From positions 16,876 to 80,875 of the forward strand of contig CAVFFZ010000004.1 in assembly GCA_963621995.1 (NCBI GenBank): a stretch of DNA of 64,000 nt. Reading direction: 5' to 3'. A program made the translations under genes and the position numbers. Of the stretch, positions 27,632 through 38,363 are shown in pieces. The notes beneath the pieces are model-generated. The model had not been told where the DNA came from. It searched no databases and was given only the letters and a program-made list of their open reading frames with translations. Source of the stretch: Lachnospiraceae bacterium (GTDB lineage: Bacteria; Bacillota; Clostridia; TANB77; CAG-508). Positions within the stretch are counted from its first letter, which is position 1, and each line of letters begins with the position of its first letter.

Positions 27632-29035
27632 TTACATTGTTAAAGTTCCGTTTGGTGTATTTTTTATTACTAATATATCTTCTTCTGCTCCTGTTTCTGC
27701 ATTTATATATACTAAAAATTCTGTACCATCTACTTTTCCTTTAAACTCCCAACAGAATATTTCTGTTTTAAATTCTGTTGGAATCATTGCCATTCCTTCA
27801 CTTTCTATTTGTAAACTTTTGTTTAAATTCTCTTTTGCTTTTTCTTTAGTTATTTTAGCTACAGGTATATTTCTTTCATAGTGTGAATTTAAATATCCTG
27901 TTGTTTCTATTCCTAGTATTTCGCCATTATCTAATGCAACTTTTACTTTTATTAAGTCTGGATACACTACAACATCCCCATTTGTGCTTTTTTGATTGTA
28001 TGCATAATTTATTGTAACTACTCCATTTTGTTTTAAATAATATGTTTCTTTCATGTTTGGAAATCCCTTACTATTTAAGAAATCTTTTCCTATTTCATCT
28101 GCTCTTTCTTGTGATATACTTTCAGCTTCCACATTTCTATTGTAATTCATAAATATTATATGTCCACCTTTTTTGCTTACAGATACTGTTATTATCTCAT
28201 TTTTATCATTTTTTGTTTTTATGCTAAAATCATATGAAGGTATATCTATGTCTTCTGACACTCCATTTGAATTTATTTCTCCTATTTTATCATTCCCTAT
28301 AAAATCAGTTGCTATTTTCTTTGCTTCTTCTTCACTTATTTCTTCCCCTGTTAGCCCTTTTTTCTCTACTGATGTCATATGTTCTGAAAATGCACCATCA
28401 TATATTAAACCTGAATATTCATGAAAGTTTTCCTCCAAATTACTAAAACTATCTTTGGAAATATTACTTACCTGTGTTAAAAGCACACTACTTCCTTTAT
28501 TGGTTAGTTCTCCCCACTTTATTCTTCCATCATTTATATCTGCTGATAGTTGATTAAGTGTGTTTTCTAATTCTACACTGTATGTGTGCAATTCTTTTAA
28601 ATTGCTGAAATCGTCATCTGTCAAATCTTGATTATTTATATTTTTTCTTGATAGTGAAAAGCTATAATCACTTACTTGGTTTAAAAATTTTGATGTGTTT
28701 GCAAGTTCTTGTGAACCCATTGGAAGTCTTGCTAAGTAACTTTGTGCTAAATTTGCTTCTCTCCACACATGTGTTAAAGTTTCTGCTCCGTGTTCTGGAG
28801 TACTAGATATTAATGATTTTGCTAAATATGTTTCTACATTTTCCACATAACTAACTAATTCAAAAAATGCCATATTATAATTATTTTCTGTTGTTTGCCT
28901 AAATTGTCTTTCTCTTTTGTAAGTATAAAGCCCTAAAACTGCTATAATAGTAATTAATGTTACTACTAAACTTAGCATATGTCTATCTTTTAAACGATTT
29001 TTCCAATCGTATAATTTTGATTTTATTTTTCCCAT
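27632..29035 (-). CDS. ypeB: germination protein YpeB
   Basis: N-terminal TM segment, YpeB-type N-domain (YNMAFFELV...VWREANLAQSYLARLP), PepSY-like C-terminal repeats, downstream of the sleB-like gene. Confidence 0.8.
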   Translation of the reverse strand: MGKIKSKLYDWKNRLKDRHMLSLVVTLITIIAVLGLYTYKRERQFRQTTENNYNMAFFELVSYVENVETYLAKSLISSTPEHGAETLTHVWREANLAQSYLARLPMGSQELANTSKFLNQVSDYSFSLSRKNINNQDLTDDDFSNLKELHTYSVELENTLNQLSADINDGRIKWGELTNKGSSVLLTQVSNISKDSFSNLEENFHEYSGLIYDGAFSEHMTSVEKKGLTGEEISEEEAKKIATDFIGNDKIGEINSNGVSEDIDIPSYDFSIKTKNDKNEIITVSVSKKGGHIIFMNYNRNVEAESISQERADEIGKDFLNSKGFPNMKETYYLKQNGVVTINYAYNQKSTNGDVVVYPDLIKVKVALDNGEILGIETTGYLNSHYERNIPVAKITKEKAKENLNKSLQIESEGMAMIPTEFKTEIFCWEFKGKVDGTEFLVYINAETGAEEDILVIKNTPNGTLTM

Positions 29036-29109
29036 TCTTCTCTTCTCCTTTATTAATTAATATACCAAAAGGGACAGATCAACCAAAAGGAAACGTCCCC
29101 ATAAGTAAT

Positions 29110-29583
29110 TTATTTGCAAAATCTGTGTTTTCCTATTGTTTTTATTAGTGGTCTTGACCATATCCATTTGTTTGTGGCAGTTGCTGGATTAAAATAATAT
29201 ATTGCTCCCCCTGTTGGATCCCAACCATTTAGTGCATCTTGTGCTGCTTTTAACACTGTTGAACCTTCTGCTATTGGGTGATTTATTTGTCCGTCTGAAA
29301 CGGCTGTAAATGCACCACTTTGATATATTACTCCTGCTATTGTGTTAGGAAAATTTGGATCTTTTACTCTGTTTAAAATTACTGCACCAACTGCAACTTG
29401 TCCCTCATACGGTTCTCCTCTTGCCTCTCCATTTATTGCTCTTGCTATTAATTGGACATTTGATGTTGAGCCTGCATTTGCCGCATATACTTCTGTTTGA
29501 TTATTTTTAGGTAAATTAAAAATTGCTATTACTCCTATTAACAAAATCATTATAATTAATAATATTTTGCATATTTTTTTCAC
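29110..29583 (-). CDS. sleB: SleB/CwlJ-family spore cortex-lytic cell-wall hydrolase
   Basis: Signal peptide plus INGEARGEPYEGQVAVGAVILNRV (Hydrolase_2). GTG start after AAAGGAG. Confidence 0.75.
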   Translation of the reverse strand: MKKICKILLIIMILLIGVIAIFNLPKNNQTEVYAANAGSTSNVQLIARAINGEARGEPYEGQVAVGAVILNRVKDPNFPNTIAGVIYQSGAFTAVSDGQINHPIAEGSTVLKAAQDALNGWDPTGGAIYYFNPATATNKWIWSRPLIKTIGKHRFCK

Positions 29584-29817
29584 TTTATTTCTCCTTTTAA
29601 TTTATAAGTATTTCATTTATATTTTGTATGTTTTTTTATGTTTTATTCTTTTTTTATTTATTTTTGTTATTTTTTATGGTAAAATTAAAAAAAACATTTT
29701 ACGATTGAAAGAGCTAAGCTCTTTTTATACAACAGGAAAAATGACCTTCCTATTGTATAGAAAAACTTTCATGACTACATGTACCTTTTATTTAAGCAAG
29801 AAAGGATTGAAGTTTTT

Positions 29818-30948
29818 ATGAAGAAAATTTTAATTTTTTACGCATCTTATGGAGGAGGACATCTATCTGCTGCAAAATCTATTAAACAATATATTGATGA
29901 AAATTACACTGATGTTCAAACTGAACTAATTGATTGTGTTAAATATATTAATAAAGCTTTAGACAAAGTAACTACTGCTGCTTATAGAGAAATGGCAAAA
30001 AAAGCACCCTGGGCTTGGGAAAAAGTTTATTATAAATCTCAAAATGGACTTTTATCTAAAGTAAGCACTTCTTCTAACAAAATTATGGCTGTAAAAATAG
30101 CTAAGTTATTCCGTGAATTTAACCCAGACATTGTAATTTCCACTCATCCATTTGGTTCACAAATGACTAGTTATTTAAAACAAAAAGGAAAAACTAATTG
30201 TTTGCTTGCAACTATTATGACTGATTTTGCACCACATGAACAATGGCTTATTGGAAATAAATTTGTAGATTTTTATTTTGTATCAAATTCTTCTATGAAA
30301 GATAAAATGGTTCAAGATTCTATTGATGGGAATAAAATTTTTGTTACAGGAATTCCTATTTCTAATAGATTTTTACAAACTTATAATAAAAAGGAAGTTT
30401 GCAATTTATTTGAATTAGATGCAAATAAAAAAATTGTTCTATTTTTTGCTGGCGGGGAATATGGACTTGGTAAAGATAAAACCGTAGCAATTTTAGATTG
30501 TTTGTCTGATTTTAATGATATTCAAGTTATTGCAATTGCTGGTAAAAATGAAAAAATGAAAAAAGAATTTGAGGAAATAGTTGCTAAAAAGCATAAGGAA
30601 TCTACTATTAAGGTTCTTCCTTTTACAGATAAAGTTCCTGAACTTATGTCTATTTCTAATTTAGTTATAACTAAGCCTGGTGGATTAACTACAAGTGAAA
30701 GTTTAGCTTCGTCTCTTCCTTTTATTATAATTAACCCTATTCCTGGTCAAGAAGAAGAAAATGCTGCATTTTTAGAAGATTCTGGTTGTGCTGTTTGGTT
30801 AAAAAAACATGATAATCCAAAGGATGTTTTAGAAAGAGTTTTGTTTAATGATGATGTTTTATCTAAAATGAAAGAAAATTCTATTAAGCTTTCTAAAAGA
30901 AATTCAACTGAAGATATTTGTACTACTATACTTTCTAAAAATATATAA
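29818..30948 (+). CDS. GT28 (MGDG synthase/UgtP-like) glycosyltransferase
   Basis: MKKILIFYASYGGGHLSAAKSI... and a C-terminal ITKPGGLTTSE. ATG at 29818. Confidence 0.75.
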   Translation: MKKILIFYASYGGGHLSAAKSIKQYIDENYTDVQTELIDCVKYINKALDKVTTAAYREMAKKAPWAWEKVYYKSQNGLLSKVSTSSNKIMAVKIAKLFREFNPDIVISTHPFGSQMTSYLKQKGKTNCLLATIMTDFAPHEQWLIGNKFVDFYFVSNSSMKDKMVQDSIDGNKIFVTGIPISNRFLQTYNKKEVCNLFELDANKKIVLFFAGGEYGLGKDKTVAILDCLSDFNDIQVIAIAGKNEKMKKEFEEIVAKKHKESTIKVLPFTDKVPELMSISNLVITKPGGLTTSESLASSLPFIIINPIPGQEEENAAFLEDSGCAVWLKKHDNPKDVLERVLFNDDVLSKMKENSIKLSKRNSTEDICTTILSKNI

Positions 30949-31032
30949 CTTTTTTAGTTAAAATATTTAGTATTGAAATTATCTTTTGAAGTAATATTAA
31001 TTAAAATGAATATGTTTAAAGGAGGGAAAAAA

Positions 31033-31323
31033 ATGACAAGTAAAGAAAGAGCTTACTTAAGAGGTCTTGCAAATACTATAGATTCTATTTTTCAAGTAGG
31101 AAAAGGTGGTATTTCTGATGTTTTAATAGAACAATTAAATAATGCAATTGAAGCAAGAGAATTAATTAAAATTACTGTTTTAGAAACTGCTCCAGGAAAT
31201 GCTAAAGAGTTAGCAAATGAAATTGCTGAAAGTACAAATTCTGAAGTAGTACAAACAGTTGGAAATAAAATTACTTTATTTAGGCAAAAGAAAAAAAATA
31301 GTAAAATAGTATTTCCTGGATAA
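31033..31323 (+). CDS. yhbY: YhbY-family (CRM domain) RNA-binding protein
   Basis: LTSKERAYLRGLANTIDSIFQVGKGGIS...; the ATG at 31033 follows GGAGGG. Confidence 0.8.
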   Translation: MTSKERAYLRGLANTIDSIFQVGKGGISDVLIEQLNNAIEARELIKITVLETAPGNAKELANEIAESTNSEVVQTVGNKITLFRQKKKNSKIVFPG

Positions 31324-31469
31324 GAATTTTAAATTTTAGGGATGTGCTTAAAAATTTAATTTTTGTTTTATTGCTTATATTATTTTTAATTTTTTAATTT
31401 TAATAAGCACTTTTTTAAAAAGTAAATTTTTAAGTCTGTTCCTAAAATTTACTTTTTTTGCTATTTTTG

Positions 31470-31498
31470 TTGACAAGTTTTAAAAAAAGTGCTATTAT
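31470..31498 (+). promoter_or_regulatory. sigma-A promoter, TTGACA-17 nt-TATTAT, for tRNA-Arg
   Basis: About 20 nt upstream of the tRNA 5' end. Confidence 0.55.
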
Positions 31499-31518
31499 AA
31501 TTACTGCAGTTAGCAAAT

Positions 31519-31595
31519 GGTTCAGTAGCTCAGCTGGATAGAGCAACGGATTTCTAATCCGTGGGTCGGGGGTTCGAATCCCTCCTGGATCACCA
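31519..31595 (+). tRNA. tRNA-Arg (anticodon UCU)
   Basis: Hand-folded cloverleaf, 77 nt: acceptor GGTTCAG/CTGGATC, anticodon arm ACGGA-TTTCTAA-TCCGT, T arm GGGGG-TTCGAAT-CCCTC, encoded CCA. Confidence 0.85.
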
Positions 31596-31600
31596 TAGCA

Positions 31601-31648
31601 AAAAATCGCTAAAAGTTAGTATTTAAACTACTTTAGCGATTTTTTATT
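31601..31648. terminator. bidirectional terminator
   Basis: AAAAATCGCTAAAAG-loop-CTTTAGCGATTTTT lies between the tRNA and the convergent amidase gene. Confidence 0.6.
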
Positions 31649-31653
31649 TTAAA

Positions 31654-32400
31654 CTATTTTAATTTTCTATTTACTATACTTTGAATGGCATTGTAGTCAT
31701 ATCCCTCTGCAAGTAGTTTTTGCTTTCTTGCTGGGTTGTTCCCCCATTTACCTGCAATTACTTCGTTTGCTATTTCTTCGTTTGATTTTCTATTTGAGCT
31801 TGTTTTCTTCCCTAGTAAAATTTCATTTACCTTCGCTTGCACTTCATTGTATAGCTCTCCTAAAGCTTGTTTTCTTTCTGCACCAACACCATATTTCCCA
31901 GCAATTACTTCATTTGCCAAGTCTACTATTGATTTTGTTGTTTGTGGTATTTCTTTATTTTCACCCGCATTTTTTATTTCTTCTAATGGAAAGTTATCTC
32001 CTGGGCAACTAGTTGAAATAGTATCACTATGGTTTTGTACTTTGGTAATATTATATTTTTCTTTTAAATATGCCACTAATTCTTTCATAGCATTTTTTTG
32101 TTCTTTTGACATTGTTTCATTATTAAAATTACCTTCTGCACATATTCCTATACTATCATTATTGGCACCATATGCATGTGCCCCTATCATTTCTTCTGGA
32201 CGACCTCTATAAATTGAGCCATCTTTTCTTACATAAAAATGATAGCCTATACCTGCCCATTTATTTGTATTTTTATGATAATTGTGTATTACTTCTACGC
32301 TTTGTAATGCACTTACTCCAGTATGATGTAATATAATTCTATTGGTTACATCTCTCTTCGATAAAGACATAAATTCTAAGTTTGTCTCTATTATATTCAT
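31654..32400 (-). CDS. N-acetylmuramoyl-L-alanine amidase (Amidase_2/PGRP) with two Cpl-7-type wall-binding repeats; endolysin-like
   Basis: N-terminal IILHHTG...GYHFYV...SCPG, then two repeats of ANEVIAGK(Y/W)G.G..RKQ.L....Y..VQ..VN. Confidence 0.8.
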   Translation of the reverse strand: MNIIETNLEFMSLSKRDVTNRIILHHTGVSALQSVEVIHNYHKNTNKWAGIGYHFYVRKDGSIYRGRPEEMIGAHAYGANNDSIGICAEGNFNNETMSKEQKNAMKELVAYLKEKYNITKVQNHSDTISTSCPGDNFPLEEIKNAGENKEIPQTTKSIVDLANEVIAGKYGVGAERKQALGELYNEVQAKVNEILLGKKTSSNRKSNEEIANEVIAGKWGNNPARKQKLLAEGYDYNAIQSIVNRKLK

Positions 32401-32607
32401 TTATTTATCCTCACTTTCATTATTTTTTTCTTTCTTTCTTGTAAAGAAATAGGTAATTACAGCTCCATAAGAAGTGCTAAATAGCATTAAAAGTTCTTTA
32501 TTTATTTCTATATTGCTAAACATTGATACTACTAATGATACTGTCATTACTAATGTTACTATACTTTTTACATCTATCAGTTTTATCAATTTTTCTTTCA
32601 TACTCAT
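32401..32607 (-). CDS. holin-like small membrane protein
   Basis: 68 aa with two hydrophobic segments and a charged tail (KKEKNNESEDK). Its stop abuts the amidase ATG (TAA-ATG). Confidence 0.6.
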   Translation of the reverse strand: MSMKEKLIKLIDVKSIVTLVMTVSLVVSMFSNIEINKELLMLFSTSYGAVITYFFTRKKEKNNESEDK

Positions 32608-32772
32608 TCCCTCCTACTCTTATAGTAAATAGAAAGCCAAGTGTTGGCTCTCTTGTTAATATTCTTCTTGTATGGTCTTAAATTTTTTTAGTTTTCCTAC
32701 TTTATTATATGAAATATAAATATATTATGTACCAATAAATACATTTATTTTATCTTTGAATATTTTTTATAT

Positions 32773-32815
32773 GACCAAAAGAGCATAATTAATATTTTTA
32801 GGTATTTTAGAAAAC
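32773..32815 (-). promoter_or_regulatory. conserved intergenic motif, copy 2 of 2
   Basis: See 1043-1085. It lies between the aminopeptidase terminator and the holin gene. Confidence 0.35.
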
Positions 32816-32877
32816 TTTCCTAAAATATAAAAACACCTACCTTTCGATAAGTGTTCCTTCTTTCATATTTTTTATTT

Positions 32878-34293
32878 TTAATTCTCCCAAAAAGCTTTGT
32901 ATGCTCTATGAGCTTCATATATATCAAATTTGCTTGTTACTTCATATGGTGCATGCATTGAAAGTACTGGTACCCCTGCATCTATTACATCTACACCTTT
33001 ATTAGCTAAAATGTAAGCAATTGTGCCACCACCACCAATGTCTATTCTTCCTAATTCTGCAAATTCATATGCTACATCTTCTTTTTCAAATATGTTTCTT
33101 ATCATAGCTACAAATTCTGCATTTGCATCTGAAGCACCAGATTTTCCTCTTGCACCAGTATATTTATTAAGTCCTATTCCTTTTCCTAAATAACCTGAGT
33201 TGTTTTTTTCATAAGCTGATGCATATATTGGGTCATATGCTGCATCTACATCTGCAGATAACATTTTTGAATTGCAAAATACTTTGTCTAATAAGTTTGG
33301 TCTATTTATTCCTAATTTATTTAATATTTCTGAAACAAATGTATCAAATACATTAGATTCCATTCCTGTATTTCCCATGCTTCCTATTTCTTCTTTATCG
33401 GAAATAATACATACTGCTGTTGTTTTTGGATTTTCTAAATTTAATAATGCTGTTAATGAAGTATATACACATACTTTATCGTCTTGACCATATGCTGCAA
33501 CCATGCTGCTATCAAATCCCATGCTTCTCGCACGAAATGCTGGTACTATTTCTAATTCTGAACTTACAAAATCCATTTCTGTAATTCCATACTTTTGGTT
33601 TAAAATATTCATTATATTTAATTTTACAGCATCTGCACCTTTTTCTCCTTCAAATGGAATACTTCCTATTAAAAGATCTAAATCTTCTCCTTTAATTCCT
33701 TCTTTTAATTTTCTTTCCATTTGTTCAGAGGCTAAATGTGGTAATAAATCTGTAATTGTAAAAATAGGGTCTAATTCATCTTCACCAATTTTTACTTCAA
33801 TTTTTTCTCCACTTGGTTTTACTATAACTCCATGAATTGCAAGAGGTATAGTTGTCCATTGATATTTTTTTATTCCTCCATAATAATGTGTTTTTAAATA
33901 TGCTAATCCTGTATCTTCATATAATGGATTTGGTTTTAAGTCTAATCTTGGTGAATCTGCATGGCTACCTATAATATTCATTCCATTTTCTATAGAATTT
34001 TGGCCAATTATTGCTAGGTACATACTTTTATCTCTATTTATATAATATACTTTATCTCCTGCTTTTAAATTTTCAAATTCACATATATTTTTAAATCCTT
34101 TTTTTTCTGCCAATTCTTTTGAACTTTTTACAATTTCTCTTTCAGTTTTTGAGTTATTCAAAAAATTCATATAATCTGTACAATATGAAAAAATTTCTTC
34201 TTTCTTTTTACTTTCTATTCCTTCCCACCCTGTATTCGTTTTGCGAAATAGTTTTTCCTTTAAACTCTCTGTTTCTGTCAATTCTTTTAACAT
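32878..34293 (-). CDS. M18-family aminopeptidase
   Basis: GSHADSPRLDLKP, DKEEIGS and SMHAPYE motifs. Start chosen at the third ATG (RBS spacing); the track ORF runs to 34302. Confidence 0.8.
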   Translation of the reverse strand: MLKELTETESLKEKLFRKTNTGWEGIESKKKEEIFSYCTDYMNFLNNSKTEREIVKSSKELAEKKGFKNICEFENLKAGDKVYYINRDKSMYLAIIGQNSIENGMNIIGSHADSPRLDLKPNPLYEDTGLAYLKTHYYGGIKKYQWTTIPLAIHGVIVKPSGEKIEVKIGEDELDPIFTITDLLPHLASEQMERKLKEGIKGEDLDLLIGSIPFEGEKGADAVKLNIMNILNQKYGITEMDFVSSELEIVPAFRARSMGFDSSMVAAYGQDDKVCVYTSLTALLNLENPKTTAVCIISDKEEIGSMGNTGMESNVFDTFVSEILNKLGINRPNLLDKVFCNSKMLSADVDAAYDPIYASAYEKNNSGYLGKGIGLNKYTGARGKSGASDANAEFVAMIRNIFEKEDVAYEFAELGRIDIGGGGTIAYILANKGVDVIDAGVPVLSMHAPYEVTSKFDIYEAHRAYKAFWEN

Positions 34294-34571
34294 TTTCATC
34301 ATCCTTTCTTTTGTTTTTTCAATTATATCATTGCTATTTATTTTTTTCTACCTTTTTTTAATATCTCCTTTTTAATATTTCCAACTTTTATTAAATTATT
34401 ATAAGTTTAAGAATACATAAATTTTTTTTAAATATAATGTAACAAGATCTTTACAAATTAATCTTTTTAGTATTTAATATTATAAGGATTTTTGTATTTT
34501 TTTGTAAAAATTTGAAGTTTATTATAACAAAAGGAGGAAAAGTTAGTTTAAAAACTGACTTACTATATATT

Positions 34572-36495
34572 ATGGGAAAAAGTAAGAAAAATTCAAACAA
34601 GCCTAAAAAGCAAGTTAATACAGAGACTGTAAGTGATATTCTTTTAGAGGATAAAAACAATATTAGTGATGCTGCTACCAATGCCATGAAAAATGTAGAT
34701 AGTGTTGTTTATGCTGATAATTTAGTAGAACCTTCTAAATCTTCTAAGAGTATTAGAAAACTTGATATAGAAGAAAAAGAAAAAATTGAAAATGTAGATC
34801 TAAAAGATGATGATACAGAAAAGTTAGATTCAGTAGATGAAATAGTATGCGATGTTCCTAGCGGAAATGCTAACAACCCAACTTCTAATGAAAACGCTTT
34901 AATTGAAAATAGTAATACGGGTAAAGAATATAAAGTTGCACATAAAAAGAATTCTTATAAAACTGCTATTATCCTTTCTATAGCTTTTATAATTATAGTT
35001 TTTTTATTTTTGCTATCTTCAACTATTTTTGCTTTAATAGCAGCAAATAAATCAACTATTATTAATGGAGTTAGCATTAAAGATATTGATGTTTCTAACC
35101 TAACTAAGGAACAGGCTTTAGAAAAAATTTCAAATGAATTTAGTAAAAAGTCTGCTCAAACTATTACTTTAAAACATAATGATTTTGAACAAACTATTTT
35201 ACTTGAACAGTTAGAAGTTACGTTTTCTTTAAATGATGCCATTAATATAGCTTATGGTAAAGGTCGTTCACGGAAATATTTTTGAAAATAATTACGAAAT
35301 TTTAATATCTTTATTATCAGGTATTAAAATTAATCCGGGTTTTTCTTATAGTGAAGAAACTTTGGATTCTTTAATTAATGAGATGGAAACTAATTTTGAA
35401 GATAGACTAATAGAGCCAAGTTATTATATAGAAGAAAATAATTTAATTTTGTCCAAAGGAAAAAATGGAGTTGTTATAAATAAAGAAAAATTGCAATCTG
35501 AAATTATGTATTTGCTTAATAATTTAGACTGTAACAATACCGTTATAGATATTCCTGTTGAAGAAAAAGTTGCAAGTACATTAGATTTAAATAAAATTCA
35601 TGAAGAAATAAGTAAAGAACCTCAAGATGCTTATTATACAACAAATCCTTATGTTGTATATCCTCAAGTTGATGGCATAGATTTTGCTGTAACTATGGAA
35701 GAAGCTACAGATATATTTAATAATTGCGAAGATTCATGTAGCATTCCTTTAGAAGTAATTTCTCCAAATGTAACCACTAACGATATTGGGACAGAAGCTT
35801 TTCCAGATTTATTAGGTTCATACTCTACAACATATAGTACTAAAAATACTAACAGAAGCACAAATATAAAATTAGCCTCTGAGAAAGTAAATGGCACTGT
35901 AATTATGCCTGGTGAAGTTTTTTCTTATAATACAACAGTTGGTAAAAGAACTGCTGCCGCTGGTTTCAAAAGTGCTGCTGTATATGTAGGTGGGGAAGTT
36001 ACTACAGGAATTGGTGGTGGAATTTGCCAGGTATCTTCTACTTTATATAATGCTGTTTTACTTGCTAATTTAGAAATTGTAGAAAGATATAATCATGGAT
36101 TTAACCCTGGATATGTGCCAGCTGGTAGGGATGCTACTGTTTCTTGGGGTGGTCCTGATTTTAAATTTAAAAATAACAGAACTTATCCTGTAAAAATTAT
36201 ATGTTCTGGAACAGGCGGAACAATTAACTTTAAAATTTTCGGATTGCTTGAAGAAAATGAGTGTGAAGTAGAAATTGAATCATATATAACAAGCTATATT
36301 TCTTATAAGACTATAAATAAGGAGGACTCTAGTTTGGCTAAGGGTCAAACTAAAGTATTACAAAGCGGTTCTAATGGGTGCAAGGCTGTAGCTTATCGAA
36401 TATTAAAACAAAATGGTGAAGTAGTTTCAAAAACTCTTCTTTCTCAAGACACTTATAATCCTCACAACAAAATAGTTGCTGTAGGAACAAAATAA
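34572..36495 (+). pseudogene. VanW-domain protein, single-base frameshift
   Basis: Track ORFs 34512..35285 and 35254..36495. ...AYGKGRS|GNIFENNYE... is restored by deleting the C at 35271. The C-terminal half has VanW-type GGGICQVSSTLYNA. Confidence 0.75.
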
Positions 36496-36501
36496 ATTTT
36501 A

Positions 36502-36553
36502 TAAAAAAAGCCTTAGCTTCGCTATGGCTTCTTTTGGTGTACCCGGAGGGATT
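36502..36553. repeat. 52-bp direct repeat, copy 1 (displaced tRNA-Arg 3' end plus terminator)
   Basis: TAAAAAAAGCCTTAGCTTCGCTATGGCTTCTTTTGGTGTACCCGGAGGGATT, identical to 36669-36720. Confidence 0.85.
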
Positions 36554-36668
36554 GCGACGAGCCGTGTCAGAAAAATAGTCCACTGGACTATTTTTACCTT
36601 CGTTTCGGCTGGCTCCTGACCAGCTCGAAACTCGGCAACTTCCTTTTCGAATCCCTCTTTTTGCACAT
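36554..36668. other. 115-bp GC-rich structured insert between the tRNA-end repeats
   Basis: Contains hairpins GTTTCGAGCTGG/CCAGCCGAAAC and AAAATAGTCC/GGACTATTTT. Its right end carries an inverted copy of the tRNA T-arm (TTCGAATCCCTC). Confidence 0.5.
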
Positions 36669-36778
<110 letters not shown>

Positions 36779-36796
36779 AATTAAAGTTCATTTAAA

Positions 36797-36825
36797 ATAA
36801 TAGCACATTCTATAAAAAAAGTCAA
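36797..36825 (-). promoter_or_regulatory. sigma-A promoter, TTGACT-17 nt-TATTAT, for tRNA-Arg(ACG)
   Basis: Minus sense, about 18 nt upstream of the tRNA 5' end. Confidence 0.5.
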
Positions 36826-36987
36826 TTGTAGTAACTATATTTTTACATCTTTTGAATAACTATATTTTTTACTACAACTGCCTTTCTTTTTTACTATATT
36901 AATTTTATATTTTGTACTCTATAACTATTTCTTTTATAATTATTTATAACATTTAATTGTAATTTTATCCGTTTACATTGCAACTCT

Positions 36988-37344
36988 TTACTCTATTGCT
37001 TGTTTTATGTGATTTATATTCACTTTTCCATTTTTCATATACACTTCTATTACATCTATTCTAATATAATGTTTTTCATATTTTTTAATATATATGTAAT
37101 ATTTTATTGCACGCAACAGATGTTTCTGTTTATTTTCATTTACCGCTTCTGAAGCAAATCCATATTTTTTATTTGTTCTAGTTTTTACTTCTATAAAAAC
37201 TATTTCGTTTTTGTCTTCTGCAATAATGTCTATTTCGCCTTGCTGACAATTAAAATTTCTATCTAATATTTTATAACCTTGTTCTTCTAAATACTTACTT
37301 GCTATTTCTTCTCCACTTCTTCCAGTTTCTTGTTTATAATACAC
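36988..37344 (-). CDS. yraN: YraN-family (UPF0102) endonuclease
   Basis: GRSGEEIASKYLEEQGYKILDRNF...GEIDIIA...FIEVKTR. Confidence 0.8.
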   Translation of the reverse strand: MYYKQETGRSGEEIASKYLEEQGYKILDRNFNCQQGEIDIIAEDKNEIVFIEVKTRTNKKYGFASEAVNENKQKHLLRAIKYYIYIKKYEKHYIRIDVIEVYMKNGKVNINHIKQAIE

Positions 37345-37458
37345 TTACCATTCACTTCTTCCTATTGTTATTCCAAGTCTAATTGTATTTTTTCTTTTCT
37401 TGCCTACTTGTTTGAATTTTGTTGCACTTATATTTATGTCATAACAAAACTTTTTAAT

Positions 37459-38334
37459 TTAGTCCTTTATTTGTATAACATTTCCTGGTAACATTTCTAT
37501 TAATCCTTCTAATTCCATTAAAGTTATTTTTTGGTTTATTTGTACTATAGTCTGATTCATGCTTCTTGCTAACTCATTTGTTTCTATTTTTCCTTCTTCT
37601 AATTTTTCGTAAATTTCTTTATATTCGTCTGGTATTTTTAACTCTGTTTTTTTATTTTCTTTTGTCCCTTTTCCCACATTTTCTCCTATTTGTGTTAATA
37701 TCTCATTTGGATTTGTGACTAATATTGCTCCTTCTTTTATTAAGTTATTAGTTCCCACGCCTGTTGTTACTCCTATTTGATTTGGTAAGCAAAAAACTTT
37801 TTTGTTTTGCTCAAATGCATATTTTGCAGTAACTCCACTTCCGCTTCTATATCTTGCCTCAATAACTAAAACTCCTTCTGAAAGAGCAGAAATTATTCTA
37901 TTTCTAAAAGGCACTTCTTTTAAATTTATATCTGTTTCTGGAGAATATTGACTAATTACACATCCACCTTCTTCTATTATTTCATTAAATAATTCTTCAT
38001 TTTCTTTTGGGTAAATATGGTTAAATCCACATCCTAAAACTGCTATTGTTTTTCCTTTTTCTTGTTTAGAATTTTGGTGTGCAATAGTATCTATTCCTTT
38101 AGCTAAACCACTTATTATTGTTATTCCTTTTTTTGATATTTCTCTTGCAAATTTTGCAGCATAATATTCTCCATATGTTGTGCTTATTCTTGATCCCACT
38201 ATTGCAATGGATTTATTATTTAATAATTCTATATTTCCTACCGCATATATTTTATTAGGTCTATCTTTTATTTTTAACAACCTTTCAGGATAAAGTTTAT
38301 CTGTTTCTTTTATTTCATATATCTTATTTATCAT
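37459..38334 (-). CDS. dprA: DNA-processing protein DprA
   Basis: IAIVGSRISTTYG...GLAKGIDTIAH...VIEARYRSGS; 291 aa. Confidence 0.85.
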   Translation of the reverse strand: MINKIYEIKETDKLYPERLLKIKDRPNKIYAVGNIELLNNKSIAIVGSRISTTYGEYYAAKFAREISKKGITIISGLAKGIDTIAHQNSKQEKGKTIAVLGCGFNHIYPKENEELFNEIIEEGGCVISQYSPETDINLKEVPFRNRIISALSEGVLVIEARYRSGSGVTAKYAFEQNKKVFCLPNQIGVTTGVGTNNLIKEGAILVTNPNEILTQIGENVGKGTKENKKTELKIPDEYKEIYEKLEEGKIETNELARSMNQTIVQINQKITLMELEGLIEMLPGNVIQIKD

Positions 38335-38363
38335 TTATTACCTCCATGTATAACTAAACATTT

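Noticed and set aside
31519-31595. On first reading, the anticodon loop TTTCTAA seemed to contain CTA, suggesting an amber suppressor tRNA.
   Set aside because: With a proper 5-bp anticodon stem (ACGGA/TCCGT), positions 34-36 are TCT, flanked by U33 and A37. This is an ordinary tRNA-Arg(UCU).
36371-36583. 70-aa minus-strand ORF spanning the VanW 3' end and the first tRNA-end repeat.
   Set aside because: It reads through a terminator hairpin and tRNA-derived sequence, overlaps the VanW coding region, and has no RBS.
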